From: Nitrospiraceae bacterium | GTDB lineage: Bacteria; Nitrospirota; Nitrospiria; Nitrospirales; Nitrospiraceae | Assembly: GCA_037446055.1 (NCBI GenBank) | Contig: JBBIJI010000016.1 | Coordinates: 1 to 64,000, forward strand | Length of the DNA: 64,000 nt | Reading direction: 5' to 3' | Part shown: piece by piece, positions 30,370 through 39,625 of the stretch | Layout of the letters: each line of letters begins with the position of its first letter | Position numbering within the stretch: the stretch's first letter is position 1 | The notes under the pieces: generated by a model | What the model saw: only the letters and a program-made list of their open reading frames with translations | Database searches by the model: none | Told to the model about the DNA's origin: nothing | Position numbers and translations under genes: made by a program

Positions 30370-31617
30370 CTATTTCGGAGCCACGACCAGCTCGACCCGA
30401 TAGCGGGAGCCGACGCTGGTGACCTCTGCTTCAAATCCTGTGGGGTTTCCGATACGTCCTTCCGGATCGTACACAAAGCAGAAAAGCACGGCGTGGCCGC
30501 GTTGGCTGGAGAATCGCTCCATGTCGATCCGCAACTGGTCCTGAATCTCCCGCGTCGTTAGGCCGGGCCTGGTTTTCTTCACCACCGCCACAAGGCTCCC
30601 TTTGTTGAGTAGAAAAGCGGTCCGCGTCGCGCCATCGGAATAGCGCGGCACCCAATCCTCAGACCCCACCTCGTCGAACTGCAGCCGCAATAGCGCAAAG
30701 AAGAGGTCCTGGGCGTCGTAATCGTCTTCGACTTCCAGGGTCGCACGGTACTCCTTACGTAGTCGAAGCTGCCTTGCGACGATGTGAAAGCGGCTGCAGA
30801 CCTTCCGAAGGGTGGCCAGGGTGTCGTCCTCTCCACTGCGCGGCCCCGGTGACGCCTTCGTTGGCTCGACAGTCGCGGTGACGATCTCGGCGGGAGGGGG
30901 CGCAGATGCCTCCACGGTCTTGGGGACGGTGCCCGCTGAAGCTGGGGATGGTTGTGACGGCGCGCCCGCGGGCGGCTGACGGAGAACCGGGGTCGCCTGG
31001 GTGACGACGGCCGGCGCGGGAGGAGACGCCGATCGCGGGGGTGAAGGCTCGGCGGCGGGAGGGTGAACAACGGGAGCGACGGCTACCGGCGGTCCGGGTG
31101 GGGCCTGGTGATGGATCTGTGCCGCCGGGGCGGCTGGCGGAACCGGTGGAGTGCATGGGGCTCCTGGGGGCGGTGTGGCTGTCGCCGGAGCGGTGGCCAC
31201 CGGAGGGACCAATGTCAGCACAGGAGTCTGCGGACTCGGCGACGTAGTAGGGGGCTCCGGTGAAGGAGATGGCCGCAGGCCGAGAAGATCAAGCTTACGG
31301 TGCTCCAAATTGCCGATCAGTTTGTCCAACACATGGATCGTTTCGCTGATCTCGGCCTGGGATCCGGTACGCAGGCGATGGCCCTTGTTCTCTTGGTATT
31401 CGGGAGATCGATCTCCGAACAGGCGCTTGATGGCGTCGCGGATCTGGAGCTCAGTCCTCGCACGGACCGCGTCCCTATAAGGGAAGCCCTCGCCCCGCAG
31501 GTCCTCGACGGCGGCTTTGAGGGACTGAAGCTTCTCAATCCCTCGGTTAAGCTCTTCAACTGCAGCGGAAGTCTTCGAGCGCGGCTTTCCCAGTTCTGTA
31601 GCTTTGGTCCGTGCCAT
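30370..31617 (-). CDS. hypothetical protein with N-terminal coiled coil, about 120-aa Pro/Ala-rich linker and conserved C-terminal globular domain
   Basis: Low-complexity PxxP/APA segment. C-terminal region with an EVEDDYDAQD...K acidic pattern. Confidence 0.5.
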   Translation of the reverse strand: MARTKATELGKPRSKTSAAVEELNRGIEKLQSLKAAVEDLRGEGFPYRDAVRARTELQIRDAIKRLFGDRSPEYQENKGHRLRTGSQAEISETIHVLDKLIGNLEHRKLDLLGLRPSPSPEPPTTSPSPQTPVLTLVPPVATAPATATPPPGAPCTPPVPPAAPAAQIHHQAPPGPPVAVAPVVHPPAAEPSPPRSASPPAPAVVTQATPVLRQPPAGAPSQPSPASAGTVPKTVEASAPPPAEIVTATVEPTKASPGPRSGEDDTLATLRKVCSRFHIVARQLRLRKEYRATLEVEDDYDAQDLFFALLRLQFDEVGSEDWVPRYSDGATRTAFLLNKGSLVAVVKKTRPGLTTREIQDQLRIDMERFSSQRGHAVLFCFVYDPEGRIGNPTGFEAEVTSVGSRYRVELVVAPK

Positions 31618-31789
31618 AGAGGTTTGACGAGAAAAAGTCTAGCCGAGGGAGGGCGGGGACGCAACAAATCCGAGGATTTGCGCAGAAATCTGGATCGGCG
31701 TCAACGGGTGTCCGGCCGACGTCGGCTGACCGTTCCCATGACCCGGTGGAATTTCGCCTTTCCGAGAGACCGCGGATATACTGAAATCG

Positions 31790-32704
31790 ATGAGACGATT
31801 TTCCCTCCATTGTACGAGCGGCTTGGACGCTGTGCTCAACGAGCGCGGGCTGGCGTCTGCTGTCTTCGTCATGGTCCTGGTGATAGCACCTTCGTCCGGT
31901 TGGGCGAGTCCCGGGGATCAACGTCCCTTCTGGACCGAACAAGCCGTGTTCCATTTCGGCGATGATGTGTTCTTTACGGGCCGGGCGTCCTGCTCGCCCA
32001 ATGTGGAGGCGGGGCGTCAACGGGCTTTTTTGGCCGCCGTCCAAGAGATCAAGAATTTCGCACGCAGCGAGGAGGTCGGCGGATTTCTTTTGGAAACGCA
32101 GATGGTCTTCGAAGAGCCGCAGCCGAAGGATTGCCCCAACGGCACGACGACCGTCTGGCGCCTCCTTCGAGTCCCGAAGTCCTCGCTGAGCTCGTTGAAT
32201 CGGCGGTGGAGTCAGCCCAATGAACCGCACTACGATCAGCAGGGGATGCACGTGACGTCTGTGCGGAATCTCACCCCGCGGATCGGAATGCCGAAAGAGG
32301 AAATCTGGAATCGATTCGGCCAGCCCCGTTCCGTATGGATCACTCCAAGCAACGGGGACGTGACCTTGGAGTACCCGCAGTTTGGGTTGTCGCTGGTCTT
32401 GGATCGAGACGACGTGTTGAAAAGTTGGAAACTCGCCGGTCCTCATTTCCGGTCGACGGGAACCACGCCTGAATCATCGGGCCAGCCGACGAAAACTGTC
32501 TCGGCGCTCGAGCAGCCGGCCATCGATCTGACCGACAGGCTCCGGGAGCTTGAAGAGGAAGGTGATGCGGAAGCGCGGCGCGGGGCGCGGGCTTATTGCG
32601 CGGTGCGGTTTCCTGATGAAGTGAAAGGATTCTTTGACGCGCGAAGGGTGTGTGAGCAGCGTGAGTATGAACGCCTTCGAGGAGGAAGCCGTGGATCTCG
32701 GTAG
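31790..32704 (+). CDS. secreted hypothetical protein
   Basis: Signal peptide ends in GWA-SP. No recognised domain. Confidence 0.45.
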   Translation: MRRFSLHCTSGLDAVLNERGLASAVFVMVLVIAPSSGWASPGDQRPFWTEQAVFHFGDDVFFTGRASCSPNVEAGRQRAFLAAVQEIKNFARSEEVGGFLLETQMVFEEPQPKDCPNGTTTVWRLLRVPKSSLSSLNRRWSQPNEPHYDQQGMHVTSVRNLTPRIGMPKEEIWNRFGQPRSVWITPSNGDVTLEYPQFGLSLVLDRDDVLKSWKLAGPHFRSTGTTPESSGQPTKTVSALEQPAIDLTDRLRELEEEGDAEARRGARAYCAVRFPDEVKGFFDARRVCEQREYERLRGGSRGSR

Positions 32705-33221
32705 GACCGGGCGCCTTGCATTCCTATGGTTGATGGTCTCGCTGTTGGCGGGGACCGTAGCGACCGCCGCGCCTTCAGTCCAGGCTGAGAACCTGCTCAT
32801 GAAAGTGATCGAGGTGCCGCAGGGTGACCTGCTGACGGCCAGACTCGACGGACGATTCGTCAAGTTGAGGCTCTATGGGATCGATTGTCCGGAGCCGAAA
32901 CAGCGGTATGGGAGAGAAGCCAGGCGCGCCGTCGCCGGACTCGTCTACGGGCGTGAAGTGGTCGCCCGCCCCAAAGGGCAGGATGAGTCCGGGCGCCTGT
33001 TGGTCGAGATCATCTTCGAGGGGGGGCGGAATCTGAACCAGCTTCTCGTGCAAGAAGGGTTGGCTTGGCTGGTGTCGTCCACGTCGCCCAGTCCCGCCCT
33101 GGTCGAGATGCAGGAACGTGCCCGGTTGGAGAAACGAGGCCTGTGGCACGACCCCGCACCGGTTCCCCCGTGGCAATGGCGGGCGTCGCATCCGGTGAAG
33201 AAGAAGGCGAGGGTTAGATAA
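32667..33221 (+). CDS. thermonuclease (staphylococcal nuclease homologue, SNase-like), secreted
   Basis: Motifs LYGIDCPE, YGREA, LLVEI and GLAW match the SNase fold. Start set at the internal ATG at 32667. Confidence 0.7.
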   Translation: MNAFEEEAVDLGRTGRLAFLWLMVSLLAGTVATAAPSVQAENLLMKVIEVPQGDLLTARLDGRFVKLRLYGIDCPEPKQRYGREARRAVAGLVYGREVVARPKGQDESGRLLVEIIFEGGRNLNQLLVQEGLAWLVSSTSPSPALVEMQERARLEKRGLWHDPAPVPPWQWRASHPVKKKARVR

Positions 33222-33493
33222 GACCGGTGCCATCTGGGTTTGATCCCCGAGATTCCACTTCCTTCCACGGCACATTCCTTTCCGCTCCTCTCCAACGAAC
33301 ATAGCTCCAGCTTCTCGCTCTCACTTCCAGCTCTGATACTCGGGACATGGTCCCGTCCTTGCACTTCTAACGGAAGACTCGCACAACGGTGCTCTGATTT
33401 GTCGCCTTTGTCCTCAAAGGGGGAGGTTCGATTGTCGCGAAATGGGGCAAGAGGGCTTGACGGACGGAGAGCGGGCCGCCTAACCTGGGGGGC

Positions 33494-34897
33494 ATGAAGA
33501 GTCAGCGGGAAAAGACGATGACCGAAGAGTTGGGCGCCATCCTTGTCGTGGATGATGATGCCGAGATGCGGGATCTCGTCTGCGACGTACTGAGGGATCG
33601 AGGACATCAGGTGACGGCGATCGGCAGCGGGCAGGAGGCGCTCAAGCTGCTAGGCGAAGGGGATTACGATCTGGTCCTCACGGACCTGCGGATGAAGGGA
33701 ATGCTGGGTACCGAACTTTTGAATGAAGTCAAGCGGGCCTATCCGGACATCGGTGTCATCCTCATGACGGCGTTTGGATCCGTGGAAACTGCCGTCGAGG
33801 CGATGAAGCACGGAGCGAGCGACTATCTCACGAAGCCGGTGAAAAACGAGGAGTTGATTCGAGTGGTCGAGCGGGGAATCCGTGAGGCGTCGCTGCGCCG
33901 AGAAGTCAACCGGCTGAGGCGTGAGGTCCATAAAGAATACAGCTTCCATCAGATTCTCGGGAAGAGCAAGCCGATGCAGGAGGTGTTCGACCTCATCCGG
34001 CGCGTGGCCGACAGCCCGACGAACGTCTTAATTACGGGCGAGAGCGGGACCGGGAAGGAACTGGTCGCGAAGGCGATCCACTACAACAGCGATCGAAAGG
34101 ACGCGCCGTTCATTCCCGTCAACTGCGCGGCCATCCCCGAGCAACTCCTGGAGAGCGAGCTCTTCGGACACATGCGCGGCGCCTTCACGGACGCCAAGAT
34201 GGACAAGCGGGGGCTTTTCGAGGAAGCGCAGAAGGGAACCCTCTTCCTGGACGAGATCAGCGAGTTGCCGCTCATGCTGCAGGCGAAGCTGCTGCGGGCC
34301 ATTCAAGAGAAGGAAATTCGCCGGGTCGGTGCGACTAAGCCGATCGCGGTGGACGTGCGGATCATCGCCGCCACGAACCTAAATCTTGCCGACGAGGTCA
34401 AGGCGAAGCGATTTCGGGAGGATCTCTACTATCGGCTCAACGTCATCGAGCTCAAGCTGCCGCCTCTGCGAGAACGACGAGAAGACATCCCCTTGCTCGT
34501 CGACGCATTCTTGAAAAAGTGTGGAGAGACCCGCGGCAAAGCGGTGAAGGGCGTCGGTGAAGCGGCACTCGCCATGCTGATCGACTATACATGGCCCGGC
34601 AATGTGCGCGAATTGGAGAACGTGATCGAGCGGGCCGTGACTCTCAGCCGCGGCGAAAAGATTTCCCCCGACGATCTCCCGTCGACCGTACAGGGGGCGC
34701 GCGGCGACCGGCGCGTGCTCGACGAAGCCGCGGAGAAGACCCTGCCGTTGCATGAAATCGAGAAGGAATACATCAAGAAAATCCTCGAAAAGACCGGCGG
34801 GAACAAGTACCAGGCCGCCCACGCCCTTGGCATCGACCGCAAAACGCTGTATCGTAAGCTCGCCGAAATCGAAGGCAAGCCACAATCCGAAGAATGA
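33494..34897 (+). CDS. sigma-54-dependent Fis-family response regulator (NtrC-like)
   Basis: Receiver motifs (DLVLTDLRMKGMLG). Walker [16 protein letters not shown] variant of the GAFTGA loop. Motif [13 protein letters not shown]. Confidence 0.9.
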   Translation: MKSQREKTMTEELGAILVVDDDAEMRDLVCDVLRDRGHQVTAIGSGQEALKLLGEGDYDLVLTDLRMKGMLGTELLNEVKRAYPDIGVILMTAFGSVETAVEAMKHGASDYLTKPVKNEELIRVVERGIREASLRREVNRLRREVHKEYSFHQILGKSKPMQEVFDLIRRVADSPTNVLITGESGTGKELVAKAIHYNSDRKDAPFIPVNCAAIPEQLLESELFGHMRGAFTDAKMDKRGLFEEAQKGTLFLDEISELPLMLQAKLLRAIQEKEIRRVGATKPIAVDVRIIAATNLNLADEVKAKRFREDLYYRLNVIELKLPPLRERREDIPLLVDAFLKKCGETRGKAVKGVGEAALAMLIDYTWPGNVRELENVIERAVTLSRGEKISPDDLPSTVQGARGDRRVLDEAAEKTLPLHEIEKEYIKKILEKTGGNKYQAAHALGIDRKTLYRKLAEIEGKPQSEE

Positions 34898-34935
34898 CCG
34901 CCTCCTCCTGATCGTCTTAGGCCGGGATCGATCAC

Positions 34936-36840
34936 ATGAAGGTCGTCAACAGTCCCGCTATGCGTGTTGCGACTTGGGCGATTCCGGTTCTCACCGTCGC
35001 GATCTTTACGCTCGATTCGTTCACACCGGTCGGAGTGGCTGTATCGGTCCTGTATATCATCCCGCTGCTGCTGACGTTCCTCTCCTCGCGTGAACGAGAC
35101 CCGCTCTACTTTTCCGCGGTCGCGACAGGGCTCATCTGGGTTGACGTCCTGTTGAAGCCCGCCGGTCTGTCGATTCCCTATGCAGCGGTCAACCGTTTGT
35201 TGGGCACGGTAGTCATCTGGGGGGGCGCCCTGGCACTCGTCCATTACAAGCGGACCCGGCGCCAGTTGATGTCAGAACGCGTTGAGCGGGCTCATGCCGA
35301 GGCCCTGATGGAGGCGGCGCAGGAAGCCCGCGCCTACGCCGACACGGCCTTGTTGGGCGCGTCTGCAGGCCGTCGAGAAGCGGAAGAGAAGTTTCTGATC
35401 AGCCAGCTCAGGCTGGAAGGCGTCATCCAGTCGGCCATGGATGCCATCATCACGGTGGACCAGGACCAGAACATCGTGTTGTTCAATCATGCAGCGGAAC
35501 AAATGTTCGGATGGTCCGCGCAGGATGCCATTGGGCAATCGCTGGACCGGTTCATCCCCGCTCGGTTCCGAGCGGCCCACCATCATCACATGGCTGAGTT
35601 CGGCAGGTCGGGGGCCACATCCAGACGGATGGGGACGCTCGGTCATGTCGTCGGTCTCCGCGCGACCGGGGAAGAGTTTCCCGTTGAAGCGGCCATCTCG
35701 CAGGTCGGCGTCGAAGGGAAGAAGTACTTTACGGTGATCTTGCGGGACATTACCGAGCGAAAAAAAGCCGAAGAGGCCCTTCGCGAGAGCGAGGAACGGT
35801 ATCGCCGTTTGATCGAAGTGTCGCCGGATGCAATCCTCGTCAATCGCGGGGACCGGATCGTCTTCGTCAACGACCAAGGGCTAAAGCTGTTCGGGGCTGT
35901 GAAGGCGGAGGAAATCCTCGGAAGGTCCCCCCTCGATCTCTTCCATCCGGACTATCATCAGGCGATCCGCGAACGTGTGCATCTTCTCCGCGAGGGGGCG
36001 AAGACGGTTCCCCTAATTGAGGAAAAGATTGTCCGGCTGGATGGAACCGTGCTCGATGTCGAAGTCGCGGCCGCAAGCTTCGTCGATCAGGATGGAGTCG
36101 GCATTCAGGTAATGATTCGAGACATTACCGAGCGCAAGCATCTCCAGGCCCAGTTGCGCAAAGCCGAGCGGTTGGCGGAGCTAGGGACGCTTGCGTCCGG
36201 CATGGCGCACGAGATCGGGACGCCGATGAACGTGATCCTCGGCCGGGCTGAGTATCTTCTGCAGCGGGTGAGGGAGGAACCGATCAAAAAAGGGCTGCAG
36301 ACCATCGTCAATCAGGTCGAGCGGATCACGAAGGTGATGAATCAGTTGCTTGCCTTTGCGAGAAGGCGTCCGCTAGAACGGCGACCGCTCGATTTGCGGC
36401 AGACGATCAGGGATAACCTCGAAATGTTCCAGGAGCGACTCGCGCGCAATCGTGTCAAAGTCGAAACCTCGTTCGCAAGCTCCTGCCCCTTGATCTGTGG
36501 CGATCCGGATCAGATGAGCCAGGTGATCATCAATCTCGTGATGAACGCGGTACATGCGATGCCGGAAGGGGGGACGTTGTCCATCGCGCTCGCGCCAGCC
36601 GGCAATGAGATGGTCGCCCTGTCTGTGAGGGATACCGGACACGGAATACCGCCGGACGTCAAGGATAAGATCTTCGATCCTTTCTTCACGACGAAGGAGT
36701 TCGGAAAGGGAACCGGCTTGGGTCTCACGGTGGTGAAAGGCATCGTGGAAGAACATGGGGGGGCGATCCGCGTCGACAGTGAACCAGGAAAGGGCACGAC
36801 GTTTACCATTCACTTGCCGGCATATGCCACGGACCCCTAG
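34936..36840 (+). CDS. PAS-domain sensor histidine kinase (membrane N-terminus, two PAS domains, HisKA, HATPase_c)
   Basis: H-box MAHEIGTPMNVILG. ATP-lid motifs DTGHGI and GTGLGL. Two PAS-like segments (ITVDQDQNIVLFN..., ILVNRGDRIVFVND...). Confidence 0.85.
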   Translation: MKVVNSPAMRVATWAIPVLTVAIFTLDSFTPVGVAVSVLYIIPLLLTFLSSRERDPLYFSAVATGLIWVDVLLKPAGLSIPYAAVNRLLGTVVIWGGALALVHYKRTRRQLMSERVERAHAEALMEAAQEARAYADTALLGASAGRREAEEKFLISQLRLEGVIQSAMDAIITVDQDQNIVLFNHAAEQMFGWSAQDAIGQSLDRFIPARFRAAHHHHMAEFGRSGATSRRMGTLGHVVGLRATGEEFPVEAAISQVGVEGKKYFTVILRDITERKKAEEALRESEERYRRLIEVSPDAILVNRGDRIVFVNDQGLKLFGAVKAEEILGRSPLDLFHPDYHQAIRERVHLLREGAKTVPLIEEKIVRLDGTVLDVEVAAASFVDQDGVGIQVMIRDITERKHLQAQLRKAERLAELGTLASGMAHEIGTPMNVILGRAEYLLQRVREEPIKKGLQTIVNQVERITKVMNQLLAFARRRPLERRPLDLRQTIRDNLEMFQERLARNRVKVETSFASSCPLICGDPDQMSQVIINLVMNAVHAMPEGGTLSIALAPAGNEMVALSVRDTGHGIPPDVKDKIFDPFFTTKEFGKGTGLGLTVVKGIVEEHGGAIRVDSEPGKGTTFTIHLPAYATDP

Positions 36841-37111
36841 TTGACAGTCATCGGCCGCCAGTGATCGGTCCTGAAAGCTGAAAACCGATCACAGATCACT
36901 CCCATCGGTGACTGTGGCATCCGGCGACAGGTTCACCCCCCAGGGCTGGGGTCTTTGTCGCCAGGCCTTTATCGTCCAGCCTGCTGCCCGCCAGTAGCTT
37001 CCTAAAAGACCGACGCAATTCTGAACGGTTGGGTCCGAGCCGGAGATGCCGTTGATGGCATATGCCTTGCTCTGTTTGGCATCAGACATGAGCCAGCTGA
37101 GAGGACAATGA

Positions 37112-37510
37112 ATGATGGTGGAAGGGAGAAAACTAGCCGTGTTGCTGGTCGTGGAAGATGATCAAGAGATGCGCAGCTTACTCTGTGATGAACTGTGGGG
37201 CGAGGGGTACCACCTGCGGGAAGCCAAGAATGGAGATGAGGCGTTGGCGGCAGTGATGGAATGCACCCCAGACCTCATTCTCACGGACCTGAAGATGCCC
37301 GCCGGCGGATTGGATTATGTGAACCGGTTACGCACCTTCGCTCCTCACTGTCCGATCATTCTCATGACGGCGTTCGGGGATATCCAACTCAAGGCGGCGG
37401 CGCTGAGGTCAGGCGCCACCGCCTATTTCGACAAGCCGGTGCGGGTATCGGAACTCAAGGCTACGATCAAGCGGTTGCTTCTGAATAACGAACTAGGCAG
37501 TGGAGTTTGA
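37112..37510 (+). CDS. single-domain response regulator (CheY-like receiver)
   Basis: Motifs VLLVVEDDQEMR, DLILTDLKMP, PIILMTAFGD. 132 aa. Confidence 0.8.
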   Translation: MMVEGRKLAVLLVVEDDQEMRSLLCDELWGEGYHLREAKNGDEALAAVMECTPDLILTDLKMPAGGLDYVNRLRTFAPHCPIILMTAFGDIQLKAAALRSGATAYFDKPVRVSELKATIKRLLLNNELGSGV

Positions 37511-37608
37511 GGCGAGAGGCAAGGGGCCCGCAAAGAAGGAAGTCAACTTAGTAGCAGAACGTGCCTAGCCCCGTGCCGCCTGCCCTCCGACAATCACAGA
37601 GGAACGAG

Positions 37609-39003
37609 ATGGCCGGATCTCAACCAAAGCATCCTTCGAGCCCTCCCTTCAGTGACCCGGTTCTTACGGCGCGCCTCGAAGCGATCAAACAGCTCGCCGG
37701 AGGATTGACCGATCGAGTGGCGGTCATGGATCGCAACTTCAATGTGATCTACGCGAACGAGTCGGCGTGGTCATCGGCCGCTGTCAGGAGCTCCGAAGCT
37801 CGTCAGGCCAAATGCTACGAAGCCTTTGCCCATCAAGCCGATCCTTGCGGCAATTGCCCGGCCATCAAAGTGTTCGAGACGCCGGAGGTGCGAGGCGTCT
37901 CCTGTTCAATCGACGGCGCGGCTTGCGGCATGGAGCAGGCCTTTCCACTCATTTCGAGTCAGGGCGAGGTTGGCTCCATGCTGGTGCTGTTCAAGAACGA
38001 GCAAGGCCAAATGGTTCGGGATCTCAAGCCTGTACAGGTCGAGAGTCCGTCACCGACGGTACGGGAGTCGTTGGGGGGGCTCCTCGGCCGGAGTCCCGCC
38101 ATGCAGCAGCTCTTCGACTTGATCAGCCTCGTGGCCGACAGTTCGGCGACCGTTCTGATCCAAGGCGAAAGCGGGACCGGAAAGGAACTCGTCGCCAAGA
38201 CGATCCACGAATTGAGTTACCGTCGGGACAAGCCTTTCGTGGTCGTCGACTGCGGGTCGCTGCCGGAAACCCTCCTCGAGAGCGAATTATTCGGTCATAC
38301 GAAGGGGGCCTTCACAGGTGCCGTGGCAAATAAGCGGGGCCTCTTCGAAGAAGCCGACGGGGGCACGATCTTCCTCGACGAGATCGCCGACACGACGCCG
38401 ACGTTTCAGGCGAAACTCCTTCGCGTCTTGCAGGAAGGAGAGGTCAAGCGGGTCGGCAGCAACCAACCGATCAAGATCGACGTCCGCATCGTGTCGGCGA
38501 CGAACAAGGATCTCAGCGAACTCGTCCGGTCCAAGGCCTTTCGTCAAGATCTCTACTATCGGTTGGCGGTGCTGCCGTTGTATCTGCCGCCCTTGCGGGA
38601 ACGAAAAGAGGATGTGCCGCTCTTGGTGCAGCACTTTGTCGCCGCCTCGTGCAAGCGGCATCGCCAACCGATCAGAACGGTCTCTCCGGCCGTCATGCAT
38701 GCGTTGACGGAAGCGCCCTGGCCGGGCAATATCCGTGAGTTGCAGCACTACATCGAGCGCGCCGTGGTCACGACGACCGGTCCTGAATTGGAGTGCAAGG
38801 ACCTGATCGCGGCGCGATCGGAATCAACGGCGGACGATCTGCGATCCGTTTCCCGCGGCGCGGCGCAACAGGCGGAACGGACCCGGATCCTTCAGGCGCT
38901 CCGACAGGCCGGCGGCAATCGCTCGAAGGCAGCCAAGCTTCTCAAGGTCAGCCGCGCCAGTCTCTACAATAAGCTTCGCGAATATCAGATAGACGAAGCG
39001 TAG
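37609..39003 (+). CDS. sigma-54 enhancer-binding protein with N-terminal Cys-rich PAS-like sensor (no receiver domain); likely activator of the downstream multicopper oxidase
   Basis: Walker [16 protein letters not shown] present ([15 protein letters not shown]). Motif [11 protein letters not shown]-terminal HTH. Sensor region carries C-x10-C-x2-C...C...C ([18 protein letters not shown]...CSIDGAACG). Start placed at the ATG at 37609 with an AGAGGA Shine-Dalgarno; the ORF-track GTG at 37561 is also possible. Confidence 0.85.
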   Translation: MAGSQPKHPSSPPFSDPVLTARLEAIKQLAGGLTDRVAVMDRNFNVIYANESAWSSAAVRSSEARQAKCYEAFAHQADPCGNCPAIKVFETPEVRGVSCSIDGAACGMEQAFPLISSQGEVGSMLVLFKNEQGQMVRDLKPVQVESPSPTVRESLGGLLGRSPAMQQLFDLISLVADSSATVLIQGESGTGKELVAKTIHELSYRRDKPFVVVDCGSLPETLLESELFGHTKGAFTGAVANKRGLFEEADGGTIFLDEIADTTPTFQAKLLRVLQEGEVKRVGSNQPIKIDVRIVSATNKDLSELVRSKAFRQDLYYRLAVLPLYLPPLRERKEDVPLLVQHFVAASCKRHRQPIRTVSPAVMHALTEAPWPGNIRELQHYIERAVVTTTGPELECKDLIAARSESTADDLRSVSRGAAQQAERTRILQALRQAGGNRSKAAKLLKVSRASLYNKLREYQIDEA

Positions 39004-39329
39004 CGTGCGATTCCAGACCCTTTCGCAAGCTTCCGCTTTGTGTCGGCATCAACCGCTCTCTTGAGCCACTGGAAGATGCCAGTGAAAGGCGGCGAGGGTT
39101 TTTCGGGAGGGACATCTGCCCCAACACTCCCCACTTTGCGTGGATGAACGTCTAACGGATTAGACAGCGCAACTCGTTGAATTCAAAGTATCCGACGATC
39201 TACAAAAAGGTTTGTGTCTAACCGGGTGGAATTTCGCCTCGCCCGAACGTAGGGCTAAGTTTCCTCGACCGCGCGCTAACCCTTGGTTTCGTCGAAGTAA
39301 TTCCTTGCGAGAGCCGGCTGGACAATTTG

Positions 39330-39345
39330 CGGCACATGAGTTGCG
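39330..39345 (+). promoter_or_regulatory. candidate sigma-54 (-24/-12) promoter cGGCAC-N5-TTGCg
   Basis: Read directly: ggcacatgagttgc with GG-N10-GC spacing. It lies about 290 nt upstream of the multicopper oxidase start and immediately downstream of a sigma-54 activator gene. Confidence 0.5.
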
Positions 39346-39358
39346 GTTAGCCGAGGCC

Positions 39359-39434
39359 GCTGGTGAAGGTCTGGGTGATTTTGGACCGGCCTCCGAATGA
39401 CCCGCCCTCCGCAGCGGAGGGACCCTTCACCAGC
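39359..39434 (+). other. structured 5' leader: 11-bp perfect outer stem (GCTGGTGAAGG/CCTTCACCAGC) enclosing a 7-bp inner hairpin (CCCTCCG-cag-CGGAGGG)
   Basis: Read directly. It lies between the sigma-54 promoter and the upstream ORF/multicopper oxidase gene. Confidence 0.35.
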
Positions 39435-39472
39435 TCTTAATCTTTAATTAACTTAGGCAAGGGGAGAGACGC

Positions 39473-39550
39473 ATGGGCAAAAAGGCCGGACACGTTCCTC
39501 GCCTCAAGCCCCTCGCCTTGTGCCGCTACCCCAAGTTGCTGTTTCGGTAG
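39473..39550 (+). CDS. 25-codon upstream ORF (MGKKAGHVPRLKPLALCRYPKLLFR) with Shine-Dalgarno GGGGAG; candidate leader peptide or small protein
   Basis: ATG at 39473 preceded by aaggggagag with a 6-nt spacer. TAG stop at 39548-39550. Too short for the ORF track. Confidence 0.25.
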   Translation: MGKKAGHVPRLKPLALCRYPKLLFR

Positions 39551-39625
39551 GAGGCCGGGAACCACGGAGCAAGGCTGTTTACACGAACCGCGCGGACGCG
39601 GTCATTTCACACAAGGAGGCCAGTT

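Noticed and set aside
32945-33607. 220-aa minus-strand ORF overlapping the SNase-like nuclease gene and the upstream region of the NtrC gene
   Set aside because: It overlaps a gene with a clear family signature and spans an intergenic promoter region. No recognisable features.
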